A DNA stretch of 64,000 nucleotides, from positions 288,933 through 352,932 of the forward strand of contig CP066682.1 in the NCBI GenBank assembly GCA_016432285.1, in the 5' to 3' direction. Position numbers and translations under genes: made by a program. This DNA comes from Candidatus Kaiserbacteria bacterium (GTDB lineage Bacteria; Patescibacteriota; Minisyncoccia; Phycocordibacterales; UBA2100). The notes under the pieces were generated by a model. The model was not told the DNA's origin, did not search any database, and saw only the letters and a program-made list of their open reading frames with translations. Below, one piece after another: positions 45,663 to 54,809 of the stretch. The first letter of the stretch is position 1. Each line of letters opens with the position of its first letter.

Positions 45663-46919
45663 ATGAATTCCAGCTTGGCGCCTGAAGGCGCTCCCACGTT
45701 TTATCACCTCGGCATCGCGCCGAACGTCTTGGCGGTACTCGAGCGTCTCCGGTTCACCACGCCGACGCCGATCCAGCACCAGGCGATCCCGCTCGCGATC
45801 GAAGGCAAGGACATCGTCGGCATCGCACAAACGGGCACCGGAAAAACGCTGGCCTTCGGCGTGCCGACCATCCAGCATATTCTCGCCACCGGCGGTACCG
45901 GCCTCGTGCTCCTGCCTACGCGTGAGCTCGCGCTCCAGGTAGAGGAGACCTTCCACAAGGTGGGGCAGCCACTCGGGATCAAGACTGCGCTCTTGATCGG
46001 CGGAGCCTCGATGGGCCCGCAGCTCGCTGCCTTGAAGCGCAATCCGGATGTCGTGATCGCCACACCCGGCCGTCTCATCGATCACCTGGATAGCGGCACG
46101 ATCCGGCTTGGAGGCGTCTCGATCCTGATTCTCGACGAGGCTGACCGCATGCTCGACATGGGCTTTCTGCCGCAAATCCGGCGCATCCTCGCGGCGCTGA
46201 CGCCAGAGCGGCAGACCATGCTCTTTTCGGCGACGCTCTCGCCGGAGATCATGACGATCGCCACGAAAACGATGCGCCTGCCGCTTCGCATCGAGGTGGC
46301 TCCCTCCGGTACCACCGCAGAGCGCGTTACGCAGGAATTTTTTATGGTGCGAAAAGACGAGAAGCCGCGGCTCCTTGAAAAGATCTTGAGCGAGTATCGC
46401 GGCTCGACACTCGTTTTTACCCGCACGAAGCATGGCGCCAAAAAGATCACGCGGGTCGTCCGCTCCCTGGGGCACGAGGCGGCGGAGATCCACGGCAACC
46501 GCTCGCTGAATCAGCGCAGGGAAGCCCTCGAAGGATTTAAAACAGGGAAGTATCGCGTGCTCGTAGCCACCGACATCGCCGCGCGCGGCATCGACGTGCG
46601 CGGGATTGAGCTCGTGATCAACTACGACCTTCCCATGCAGGCAGCCGATTACGTGCACCGCATCGGCCGCACCGGACGAGCGGGCGCCGAAGGGCATGCG
46701 ATCTCCTTTGCGCTGCCGGACGAGCGACGCGATATACGCGACATCGAAAGGCTGGTCCGCAAGAGCGTCCCGATCTCACACCTTCCGGAGCTACCGCCCG
46801 CACGACAGGTCGTGCAGGAGCGGGAGCACGCTCCCCGGCAGTTGGGCCGCCGAGGACCCTCGCGCCCTCGGCGCTCTTTCGGCCGCTCGCGCCCTTCCGG
46901 TCGGCGCCCGCAATGGTAG
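45663..46919 (+). CDS. DEAD-box ATP-dependent RNA helicase
   Basis: Q-motif, AQTGTGKT, DEAD, SAT, HRIGRTGR and an RG-rich C-tail. Confidence 0.9.
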   Translation: MNSSLAPEGAPTFYHLGIAPNVLAVLERLRFTTPTPIQHQAIPLAIEGKDIVGIAQTGTGKTLAFGVPTIQHILATGGTGLVLLPTRELALQVEETFHKVGQPLGIKTALLIGGASMGPQLAALKRNPDVVIATPGRLIDHLDSGTIRLGGVSILILDEADRMLDMGFLPQIRRILAALTPERQTMLFSATLSPEIMTIATKTMRLPLRIEVAPSGTTAERVTQEFFMVRKDEKPRLLEKILSEYRGSTLVFTRTKHGAKKITRVVRSLGHEAAEIHGNRSLNQRREALEGFKTGKYRVLVATDIAARGIDVRGIELVINYDLPMQAADYVHRIGRTGRAGAEGHAISFALPDERRDIRDIERLVRKSVPISHLPELPPARQVVQEREHAPRQLGRRGPSRPRRSFGRSRPSGRRPQW

Positions 46920-46928
46920 AATCCTCCT

Positions 46929-47039
46929 ATGGCAAAACGACAAGCGGATATTCAGCGTAATAAGTCGCGTTCCCGGAAGACCAAGAAGCGCCTCGAAGCG
47001 AAGCGCATCATGCTCGAGAAGAAGGGTTACAAGTGGTAG
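46929..47039 (+). CDS. possible small basic protein (36 aa, MAKRQADIQRNKSRSRKTKKRLEAKRIMLEKKGYKW)
   Basis: Below the ORF-track cutoff. Fills the gap between the helicase and DUF1905. No obvious SD. Confidence 0.2.
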   Translation: MAKRQADIQRNKSRSRKTKKRLEAKRIMLEKKGYKW

Positions 47040-47042
47040 CCT

Positions 47043-47339
47043 GTGGCGAAGACTTTCAGGGTGAAATCCAGAGTGTGGCTCTATCCGGGCGAAGCAGCCT
47101 GGTATTTCGTCAACGTCGATAAGAAACAGTCTGAGAGAATCCGCGAGATGCAGGCCGGAAAAATGCGGAGGGGATTCGGCTCCGTGCATGTGAAGGCAAC
47201 GATCGGCAAGACGACCTGGAGCACATCGATTTTTCCCGACAAACAATCCGGCACCTACCTCCTGCCGCTGAAGGCGGCAGTCCGCCGTGCCGAGGGCCTC
47301 GACACCGGCGACCCGATCGCCTTCATTCTTGAGATTTAG
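47043..47339 (+). CDS. DUF1905 domain protein
   Basis: GSVHVKATIGKTTWSTSIFPDKQSGTYLLPLKAAVR pattern. Confidence 0.7.
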   Translation: MAKTFRVKSRVWLYPGEAAWYFVNVDKKQSERIREMQAGKMRRGFGSVHVKATIGKTTWSTSIFPDKQSGTYLLPLKAAVRRAEGLDTGDPIAFILEI

Positions 47340-47378
47340 CCAACTCGAAAATCGAGTGTAGTATTTCTCTTGCAAAAT

Positions 47379-47420
47379 AAGCGAGACGGAGACTAAATCT
47401 CGCTTGGCATTTCTTTATTT
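47379..47420. terminator. bidirectional rho-independent terminator
   Basis: AAGCGAGA-loop-TCTCGCTT followed by TTTCTTTATTT. The reverse complement is also U-rich. Confidence 0.65.
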
Positions 47421-47479
47421 CGGGCGCTGACAATCGTGTATCGGAATTTCCGTACCTATGTCGCGGAGTAGTTGTTACT

Positions 47480-47764
47480 TCACCGGTTTGAATTGATCCA
47501 TTCCCATGTAGAAGCTTGCAGGTATCCGTAGTAATCGCCGCCCGACATTTTCATAACCATCAGCGAATCATTTGAATCCATGGCCTCTTTAATAAACTTG
47601 GCCAGTTGCTCTGAGGATTGGCTGCTTGAAATAAATCTGACGGAATCTAAACCAGGATCTTTTGTATTCGGGAACTGATCAATTTTCTTTAAAAGCCGAT
47701 CTCGCGCCGCGATGTAACCAGTCTTTTCCTTATTTAGGTCCCACGTCACGAAATACACGGCCAT
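47480..47764 (-). CDS. hypothetical protein (low-GC islet)
   Basis: 94 aa. Local GC about 45-50% against about 60% in the flanks. Confidence 0.5.
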   Translation of the reverse strand: MAVYFVTWDLNKEKTGYIAARDRLLKKIDQFPNTKDPGLDSVRFISSSQSSEQLAKFIKEAMDSNDSLMVMKMSGGDYYGYLQASTWEWINSNR

Positions 47765-47770
47765 AAGTAT

Positions 47771-48118
47771 CTAGATTATTTTGAAGAAGGCTTGGATTAA
47801 TATACCAATACCCGCAGTCACAATTAAACCCGCTATCCAAAAAATTGTCTTGACTCGCGAGCGATCTACGTACTCCCGAACTTCTTTGCCCGCAAGAGAT
47901 TTTACTTTCTCTATAAAGGACTCCTGACTCAGCAGATCTGCAAAGACCTCTTTTACGTCTTTCGCAAATTCCTTACTGTTGTGATGTTCGCTGCAAATTT
48001 CGAGCACTCTTTTTCGAAAATCCTCGTGTTTCCAAGCCTCTTTAGAAATGCTGTCGAATTTATCAAGATATTTGCTAGGTATGTCATCTTCTAGGCGTTT
48101 TTGATGCTCATCAGCCAT
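47771..48118 (-). CDS. tail-anchored hypothetical protein (low-GC islet)
   Basis: 115 aa, charged, with a single C-terminal TM. Confidence 0.5.
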   Translation of the reverse strand: MADEHQKRLEDDIPSKYLDKFDSISKEAWKHEDFRKRVLEICSEHHNSKEFAKDVKEVFADLLSQESFIEKVKSLAGKEVREYVDRSRVKTIFWIAGLIVTAGIGILIQAFFKII

Positions 48119-48129
48119 AGAGCCGAATG

Positions 48130-48360
48130 CTATTTTTGTTGGATTTTCGAAGGTCCAGGCTCATGTGCCTCGCCTTGTTTTTCCTTTGCTCTTTGTACAA
48201 ATGCAATTCCAACTTTTACTACTTCGAGTGGATCGTCGCTCCCAATAAATTTTTTCAACGATTCCAATTGTTCAAGTGCTCCATTTGTGAAAGAAACTGT
48301 GAGTGCATCTTTCTTCGCGCCTCCCTCAACGACCTCTTCTTTTTTACTTGTTATCGCCAT
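48130..48360 (-). CDS. small hypothetical protein (low-GC islet)
   Basis: Start moved to MAITSKK, giving 76 aa. Confidence 0.4.
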   Translation of the reverse strand: MAITSKKEEVVEGGAKKDALTVSFTNGALEQLESLKKFIGSDDPLEVVKVGIAFVQRAKEKQGEAHEPGPSKIQQK

Positions 48361-48496
48361 AGCAGTGCATCGTTGATGAATAATACTACAAAACTTGAAT
48401 ACAACTAGATCAAAGTAGAGCCACGACGGCATGAAGGGACCCTTAAGACGGCGGGACACGTCATGCATTATTTTCTGATCGCCAATCCGTCCTTGT

Positions 48497-48652
48497 TTAC
48501 TGCTCCGAAGCGCCGGTGAGGTTGATTTGGAGGCCGTTCTGTTCTTCCTTCGGAGCTCCCGGCCCGTAGGTGGTGTACCAGTACGCACCGGCTGCCACGA
48601 TGACGAGGAGGATAACGACGAGTAGGATCGTATTAACGCCGCTGTTGTTCAT
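48497..48652 (-). CDS. small membrane protein
   Basis: 51 aa from MNNSGVNTILLVVILLVIVAAGAYWY. Confidence 0.35.
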   Translation of the reverse strand: MNNSGVNTILLVVILLVIVAAGAYWYTTYGPGAPKEEQNGLQINLTGASEQ

Positions 48653-48795
48653 AGAAAAAAGCTTATTGCTATCGTTCAAGCATAGCATTCGTTCATTCCC
48701 TGCTTATCGGAAAGGGGGACAGTAAAGCGCTCGGCATCTCTCGCACCTAAGGCGTAGTTCGTCGGCCGAGTTTCGGAGACTGCTATGATGGGACG

Positions 48796-49284
48796 ATGAG
48801 ACTCGTTCCGGCGCACCTGCGGAATTTTGTGTTCGGCGTGGAAGATAGTCTCGTCTCCACCGTAGGACTCCTCTCGGGAATCGCGATCGCGGGCGTGGAG
48901 CGCGAGACGATTTTCCTCACTGGTGTCGTCCTCGTTTTCGTAGAAGCGGTCTCCATGGCGGCCGGCAGCTTCCTCTCCGAAGTGTCGGCGGAAGAGTACG
49001 AGGGCGGGAGGGGCGTCGGCCAGCGACAATCTCTTTTTTCCGGCCTCATCATGTTTGGTTCGTACCTGATCGCAGGCTTCATTCCCATTTTCCCGTACAC
49101 CTTCCTCGAAGGTACTCGCGCCTTCGCTTCCTCGATCATGCTGTCGGTTGCCGCACTTTTCGTACTCGGCGCTTGGAGCGGCGTGCTCTCCCGAAGCGGG
49201 TTGATACGCGGCGCGCTGCGCATGGCGGTCGTGGGCGGAGTCGCAATCGCGGTCGGCGTTGGAGTCGGCACTTTCATAAGCTGA
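48796..49284 (+). CDS. VIT1/CCC1-family (DUF125) membrane protein
   Basis: VSTVGLLSGIAIAG...GGVAIAVGVGVGTFIS pattern. Lacks the usual cytosolic N-domain. Confidence 0.6.
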   Translation: MRLVPAHLRNFVFGVEDSLVSTVGLLSGIAIAGVERETIFLTGVVLVFVEAVSMAAGSFLSEVSAEEYEGGRGVGQRQSLFSGLIMFGSYLIAGFIPIFPYTFLEGTRAFASSIMLSVAALFVLGAWSGVLSRSGLIRGALRMAVVGGVAIAVGVGVGTFIS

Positions 49285-49838
49285 TGACGAGACGAACCCT
49301 TCTTTTCGTCGGAATACCTCTTGCCGTACAGGCGGCCGTACTCTTTTCTTTGGGGCAGCCATGGATATGCGAATGCGGATTCGTGAGGGTGTGGGAGGGG
49401 GCAGTTCTCGGCGCCGGCAACTCGCAGCACCTCACTGATTGGTACACCTTCAGCCACATCATCCACGGTTTCGTTTTCTACAGCATTCTCTGGTATTTCT
49501 TCCCGCGCCTTTCCGTGCGGCAGCGGCTTCTCATCGCGACGGCGGTCGAAGCGAGTTGGGAGATCCTCGAAAATACGCCTGCGGTGATCGAGTACTATCG
49601 GCAACAAGCGCTCGCGCAGGGCTACGTGGGCGACAGCATCCTGAATTCCATCACGGACACACTTGCCATGATCGCCGGTTTCCTTGCAGCGTGGCGACTC
49701 CCTGTATGGAGTGTCGTCGCGCTTTCGCTCGCAATGGAAATATTTGTCGGCTGGTCGATACGAGACAATCTCACACTCAATATTCTCGGCTTTTTCTGGC
49801 AGCCGGAATTCATCAGCACGTGGCAGTCGGGAGGGTGA
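49284..49838 (+). CDS. DUF2585-like membrane protein
   Basis: 1-nt overlap with the upstream gene. CxCG motif and about 5 TM. Confidence 0.5.
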   Translation: MTRRTLLFVGIPLAVQAAVLFSLGQPWICECGFVRVWEGAVLGAGNSQHLTDWYTFSHIIHGFVFYSILWYFFPRLSVRQRLLIATAVEASWEILENTPAVIEYYRQQALAQGYVGDSILNSITDTLAMIAGFLAAWRLPVWSVVALSLAMEIFVGWSIRDNLTLNILGFFWQPEFISTWQSGG

Positions 49839-49889
49839 GAGCTGTGCATAACTGGCTCGCCGCCTCTTTTTAGTGCGTACACTATTTGT

Positions 49890-50060
49890 ATGGCAAAGAA
49901 TGGTCGGAAGGGGCGCGGAAGGAAGGGCACGGTAAAAAGCCGTTCGCAGGTCTTGAGTTCCCGCAACAAACGCTGGACCAAGGTGAGCGGCAAGACCGGA
50001 CGCTTTATCGATCAGATGGCGCGCAAGGGCAAGGCCTTCAAGGGCGTCCGCATGAAGTAG
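49890..50060 (+). CDS. possible small basic protein (56 aa, MAKNGRKGRGRKGTVKSRSQVLSSRNKRWTKVSGKTGRFIDQMARKGKAFKGVRMK)
   Basis: Not in the ORF track. Sits in an otherwise empty 260-nt gap. Confidence 0.25.
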   Translation: MAKNGRKGRGRKGTVKSRSQVLSSRNKRWTKVSGKTGRFIDQMARKGKAFKGVRMK

Positions 50061-50102
50061 GCTTCACGCCTCCTTCAAGCGGCGCACTATCACAATAACT
50101 GT

Positions 50103-50678
50103 ATGTCGACCGAGAAGCTTTTCGCCGCTCTTTTCGCGGTCGTCGTTGTTGTCGGCGCGATCTATTTTCTCTCTCCCGCTTCGCAAGACGGCAGCGGCGT
50201 GAGCGCGACCAGTACGCCGCGGATGGTGAACTACACGTCGGAGGCAATGGGCGTTTCTTTCAGCTACCCGGATACCTATATCGTCGACGAAAAAGACGTC
50301 AGCACGCCGGAGCGTTCTCGGCATTCGATTGTGTTGATCCGCACAGACGACTTGCCGCTTCCGCAAAACGGCGAGGGACCGACGGCGATCACGATCGACG
50401 CGTTCCAGAACGACCTTGAGAGCTTGGACTCACGCACCTGGATCACGGGTACCAACGACTCGAATTACAAACTCTCTCCCGATGGAACGATTTCGACCGG
50501 TACACTCGCGGGGCTCTCTGCTCTCAGTTTCCGCTGGTCGGGGCTCTACGAGGGGCGCACGACGGTGGTGGCAGAGCCAGCTTTTGTGTACGCACTCAGC
50601 GTTACGTACCTCACACCGGAAGATGAGATACTCGACGACTTCGACGCGCTCCTTAAAACCGTCCGTTTTACGCAGTAG
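50103..50678 (+). CDS. membrane-anchored secreted hypothetical protein
   Basis: 191 aa with an N-terminal TM. Architecture similar to 52668..53204. Confidence 0.55.
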   Translation: MSTEKLFAALFAVVVVVGAIYFLSPASQDGSGVSATSTPRMVNYTSEAMGVSFSYPDTYIVDEKDVSTPERSRHSIVLIRTDDLPLPQNGEGPTAITIDAFQNDLESLDSRTWITGTNDSNYKLSPDGTISTGTLAGLSALSFRWSGLYEGRTTVVAEPAFVYALSVTYLTPEDEILDDFDALLKTVRFTQ

Positions 50679-50701
50679 CAAATTCGCGCTACGCTGGGGC
50701 T

Positions 50702-50935
50702 ATGGACGACTTCCTCAAGATGGACATCTTTTTTGTGGTGACGACGCTCGTCGTGCTCGCCTTTGGAGTCGTGTTTGGATTCATACTGGTGCGCATCTAC
50801 CGGATTCTTGGGTATCTCGAAGAGATCTCGAAGGAGCTCTCGGCAGAAGCAAAAGATATTCGCTCCGACGTGCAGGAAGTGCGCGCTTCGGTGCGCACGT
50901 TTCTTCAGCGTATATTCAGACGGCGCGCCAAATAA
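50702..50935 (+). CDS. small membrane protein (DUF948-like)
   Basis: N-terminal TM followed by an amphipathic helix. Confidence 0.45.
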   Translation: MDDFLKMDIFFVVTTLVVLAFGVVFGFILVRIYRILGYLEEISKELSAEAKDIRSDVQEVRASVRTFLQRIFRRRAK

Positions 50936-51031
50936 TCCGCGTATGGCAGATCGGCGAAAGATTGCACTCGGCGTGGGGGCGGGCGTACTGGCGGCCGCTG
51001 GCGCGGCCGCGGGCCACTATTAAAGAGCTCT

Positions 51032-51964
51032 ATGTTCCGGATCGCTCGCGCCCTCGTCCTTTTGATACTTCTTGCCGGTGGCGCATTCTACTTCCGCGCG
51101 GAGCTCACCACGGTGGCTGCCCAGCTCGCTGCAAGGTACGCTCCTTGCGCGAGTCCGATTCGCTACTCTATCGAAACGTTTGACGAGCGCTTCGATATTT
51201 CACGCGAGGATTTCGAGGCGGCGATCGCCGATGCGGAAGCGATTTGGGAGAAAAGCTCCGGCCGGGACCTTTTTGCCAACGATCCCTCGGGTACCCTGAA
51301 GATCAATCTTTTGTACGATTCGCGGCAGGCCACCACCGAGCGCCTCCAGGATCTGGGCCTCGAAGTGGACGACACGCGCTCCTCGTACGACCAGCTGAAG
51401 GATCGATACGACACGCTCCGAGCCGGGTACGAGGCGAGAGTGCGTGCCTTCGAAAGCGCGTATGCGCAGTTTCAGAAAGACCAGGCCGCATACAACAGGG
51501 AGGTGGCGTACTGGAACGGCCGCGGCGGCGCGCCGGAAAGCGAATATCAAAAATTGCAGAAGGAAAAACTGGAGCTGGCCAACCGCTCTGCCGCGCTCCA
51601 AACACAGCAAGCCTTGGTGAGTGCCGATGTCGATGACATCAACGCGCTTGCGGACGCACTCAATCATGCCGCGCGGGCACTGAATCTCGACATTGCAGAG
51701 TACAACTCGGTGAGCCGGACCACGGGCGACGAGTTTGAGGAAGCGGTGTACATAAGTTCGCCCGGCTCGCACCGGATCGACGTATACGAGTTTGGCAGCT
51801 ACTCAAAGCTCGTGCGTGTTTTGGCGCACGAGCTCGGGCACGCGCTCGGGCTTGACCACATCGACGACGAGAGCGCGATCATGTACCGCGTGAATCAGAG
51901 TACCAACGAGCGTGCCACTGCCGCCGACCTTGCCGAGCTGGATCGCGTGTGCGTCGCGAAGTAA
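51032..51964 (+). CDS. membrane-anchored zinc metalloprotease (metzincin/matrixin-like)
   Basis: HELGHALGLDH matches HExxHxxGxxH. Coiled-coil spacer. Confidence 0.7.
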   Translation: MFRIARALVLLILLAGGAFYFRAELTTVAAQLAARYAPCASPIRYSIETFDERFDISREDFEAAIADAEAIWEKSSGRDLFANDPSGTLKINLLYDSRQATTERLQDLGLEVDDTRSSYDQLKDRYDTLRAGYEARVRAFESAYAQFQKDQAAYNREVAYWNGRGGAPESEYQKLQKEKLELANRSAALQTQQALVSADVDDINALADALNHAARALNLDIAEYNSVSRTTGDEFEEAVYISSPGSHRIDVYEFGSYSKLVRVLAHELGHALGLDHIDDESAIMYRVNQSTNERATAADLAELDRVCVAK

Positions 51965-52058
51965 TTTGACTTCCACGCTCCGGAGGCGCTTACTGTATCG
52001 GGATCTGCACACTGGTACGTGCAGGGTACCGCACACACATTTCGTGGAGGATACGAAG

Positions 52059-52301
52059 ATGACAGGCAAGTGCGAGGCGCAACGCGAAACGGGAGTGATC
52101 GTTCGCTCGAACGGTCGCGCCTACGTGAAGAACGACGCCGGGACGTTCCCAGTCGACGACGGCGACCAACGCTTCAAGGATTTGAATCCGGGTGACGGCG
52201 AGAATGTTTCGTTCTTGTTCAACCGCTTCCGCGAGGCGTGGGACATCCGCGCGATGCACGCGGCACCGCTCGCAAGTTCAAGGTTGACCGCGCATTCGTG
52301 A
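52059..52301 (+). CDS. hypothetical protein
   Basis: GGAGGA lies 8 nt before the ATG. 80 aa. Confidence 0.4.
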   Translation: MTGKCEAQRETGVIVRSNGRAYVKNDAGTFPVDDGDQRFKDLNPGDGENVSFLFNRFREAWDIRAMHAAPLASSRLTAHS

Positions 52302-52667
52302 ACAGTTTCTTCGGCCGCAACTGATCACAGGCGTGAGGCGCACTGCGCGCGGGTCGTACGTACGACCTGCGCGTTTCTATTTTCAGAAATTCTTCACCAA
52401 GGAGGCGCGACAATGGCCCGACAGGTCGAGTTTTAATCGACTTATTTTTTTATCGCACTATGAACAAGGATCACGATCACGACAAATCGCAGCAGCAGCG
52501 CGACGCAGAAGAGATGCAGAGCGATATGCGAGGCGAGCAGCGACAGGAGGACACGAGCGCCCGCAAAGAGGAAGACGACCAAAAGGAGGGCATGTAGTAA
52601 GATGCGGGAACGATACGCAGGAGCGTATCGTTCCCGCTGCGGCGGGTCTTTACGCAAACTTTTGTAT

Positions 52668-53204
52668 ATGAACCTGACCCAACGAATTGTTGCCGGAGTC
52701 GCCGTCCTTGCGGTTGTGGCGGCAGTGGCCTATCTGGCCTTCTTCCGCAACGGCACCTCGCACGAGACGGCGCGATACACCAACGATACCTACGGATACA
52801 CGTTCGAACACCCGGTGGAAGACGAGGTACGAGCCGAGAGTCCCGAGCACCTCATCGTGAGCGAGCCGGGCGATGGGAGCGAGACGTATGTCCATGTCGC
52901 CGAAGGATCCGATTCCGATTTTGAAAGCTTCGCTGGGCAAGCGGCCCGCGGTACGTGCGGTGAGTGTGGAGAGGTGGCGGCGCTTCAGCCGTTTACCTCC
53001 ACGAGAGGACTCGGAGGAGTCATCTTTTATCTCTTGATTACGGGGAGCGACGGCGAGTATCGCGGCCCGTTTTTTGCGTACGACATTTCTTCGCCCGGTA
53101 CCACTCGCGCACTGCTCGTGTACGGCACCAGCGGCTCGGAAGAGGATCCGCTTTCGGTCGGGCTCATCGCTGATTCGATCGAAATTCAGGAAGCGGAAGG
53201 TTGA
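52668..53204 (+). CDS. membrane-anchored secreted hypothetical protein
   Basis: Start at MNLTQRIVAG, N-terminal TM. Confidence 0.55.
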   Translation: MNLTQRIVAGVAVLAVVAAVAYLAFFRNGTSHETARYTNDTYGYTFEHPVEDEVRAESPEHLIVSEPGDGSETYVHVAEGSDSDFESFAGQAARGTCGECGEVAALQPFTSTRGLGGVIFYLLITGSDGEYRGPFFAYDISSPGTTRALLVYGTSGSEEDPLSVGLIADSIEIQEAEG

Positions 53205-53321
53205 AATAGCGGGCCGGCGCATCCGTCATCACGCGTAAGCGGCGATTCACTCCCGCTTCACTCCGGCGGCGTTTAAATTGCTACGGTCGGTGATTAGACG
53301 CTAATCATCCAGTAAACCGTT

Positions 53322-53534
53322 ATGACACCACGAAAGTTGATAAGCGCTGCGGCGCTTTCGCTTCTTTTTGCGGCAGGTGCGGTGAGCGCGCAGACCACGA
53401 GTACGACCACGCCCGGTACTCCAAATACCGGCCTTGGCGGTGACTTCGCTCAAAATGCAATCGTGCTTGCGACGACAGGAGCCGTCGCGATCGCAGGCAT
53501 CGCGTACCTCGCACGCCGGACAAGAAGCGTATAG
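53322..53534 (+). CDS. minimal sortase substrate (signal peptide + about 25-aa mature part + LATTG sorting signal)
   Basis: C-terminal LATTG, then a hydrophobic stretch, then RRTRSV, which is a classic tripartite cell-wall sorting signal. The sortase gene is 49 nt downstream. Confidence 0.55.
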   Translation: MTPRKLISAAALSLLFAAGAVSAQTTSTTTPGTPNTGLGGDFAQNAIVLATTGAVAIAGIAYLARRTRSV

Positions 53535-53582
53535 GATTTCAGGCAGCGAGCCCTGTGGGCTCGCTGCCTCCTCCGCATTCGT

Positions 53583-54185
53583 ATGCAGCAATCACGCACA
53601 ACTACCGTCGTCATCGGCATTATCACGATAGCGGCTATCGTTACCTTCGGCGCGACGCTCGCGAGGGCGCTTTGGTATTCGCCCGATACCGAAGTGGACA
53701 TTCCCTCCACCGGACAGGCGATCACGCCCGCATCTCCCGAAGCATATCCCGCGCGGCTTGAAATTCCGTCGCTTGATATTGATGCGGCGGTGCAGTACGT
53801 GGGTATCAACGCAAAGGGCAACATGGCCAACCCATCGAATTTCACCGACGTCGGCTGGTACAAGGGCGGGACGGTGCCCGGCAGCGTGGGGAGCGCTGTC
53901 ATGGCGGGGCATCTCGACAACGCACTCGCGCTCGATGGCGTATTCAAACGTCTCAAGGAACTCAAGGCGGGCGATTCCATGTATGTAACGACCGTCGGCG
54001 GGGAGAAGCTCCGTTTCGTGGTGCAGGAAGCGAGCGTCTACAACTACCTCCAGGCTCCGGTCGAGCGCATTTTCAAACGGGCCGACCGGGCGCGCCTCAA
54101 CCTCATTACGTGCGAGGGGGAGTGGATCAAAAGTGACAAAACGTACGACGAGCGGCGAGTCGTGTATGCGGTACTCGCATCGTAG
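53583..54185 (+). CDS. sortase (class E/F-like)
   Basis: N-terminal TM, catalytic AGHLDN ... LNLITCEG ... R. Confidence 0.8.
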   Translation: MQQSRTTTVVIGIITIAAIVTFGATLARALWYSPDTEVDIPSTGQAITPASPEAYPARLEIPSLDIDAAVQYVGINAKGNMANPSNFTDVGWYKGGTVPGSVGSAVMAGHLDNALALDGVFKRLKELKAGDSMYVTTVGGEKLRFVVQEASVYNYLQAPVERIFKRADRARLNLITCEGEWIKSDKTYDERRVVYAVLAS

Positions 54186-54188
54186 CCC

Positions 54189-54809
54189 GTGCCGGCCAAA
54201 ACGGCTATACTGCCCGCAATGGCGAAGGGCCGCGACATCGAATTTCTCTACGAGATTGGCTCCCTGCGCAACATCCCGCGCGCGTGGATCCAGCACCTTG
54301 CGACCGACTGCGCCTCGACGCTGGAGCACACGATCCGCGTCGTTTTCCTTGCGCTCCTCATCGCCCGCAAAGAAGGGGTGAAGAGTGAGGAGAAGATCAT
54401 CAAAATGGCGCTGCTCCACGATCTCGCGGAGACGCGCACCGCCGATCTCGCATACGTGCACAAGGTCTACACAAAAGCTGACGACGCGCGCGCCGCGCGC
54501 GATCTCTTGGCAGGCACTTCACTCGATGATTTTGAGGCCATCGTCGTAGAGTACGAGAAACGCTCCTCGATCGAGGCGAAAATTGTGAAAGATGCCGACA
54601 ACCTCGACATCGATCTGGAGCTCCGCGAGCTCGAAGAGCGGGGAAATAGGGTGGCGGCCAAAAAGCAGCCGCTGCGGAAATTTGTGCGCGACAAAAAGCT
54701 CTACACGAAAACGGCGAAGAGCATGTGGGATGAGATCCAAAAGTCCGATCCCTCAAGCTGGCACCTTGCGACCAACAAGTGGCTGAAGATTCCCAGCGCA
54801 GGAAAATAG
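54189..54809 (+). CDS. HD-domain phosphohydrolase (YfbR-like)
   Basis: H...HDLAE...D motif. Confidence 0.75.
   Translation: MPAKTAILPAMAKGRDIEFLYEIGSLRNIPRAWIQHLATDCASTLEHTIRVVFLALLIARKEGVKSEEKIIKMALLHDLAETRTADLAYVHKVYTKADDARAARDLLAGTSLDDFEAIVVEYEKRSSIEAKIVKDADNLDIDLELRELEERGNRVAAKKQPLRKFVRDKKLYTKTAKSMWDEIQKSDPSSWHLATNKWLKIPSAGK

Noticed and set aside
52442-52657. 71-aa hydrophobic minus-strand ORF vs the 45-aa acidic + ORF at 52460..52597
   Set aside because: The Leu/Phe-rich frame is the antisense of an acidic GAG/GAA-rich frame. Neither is convincing, so neither was called as a feature.
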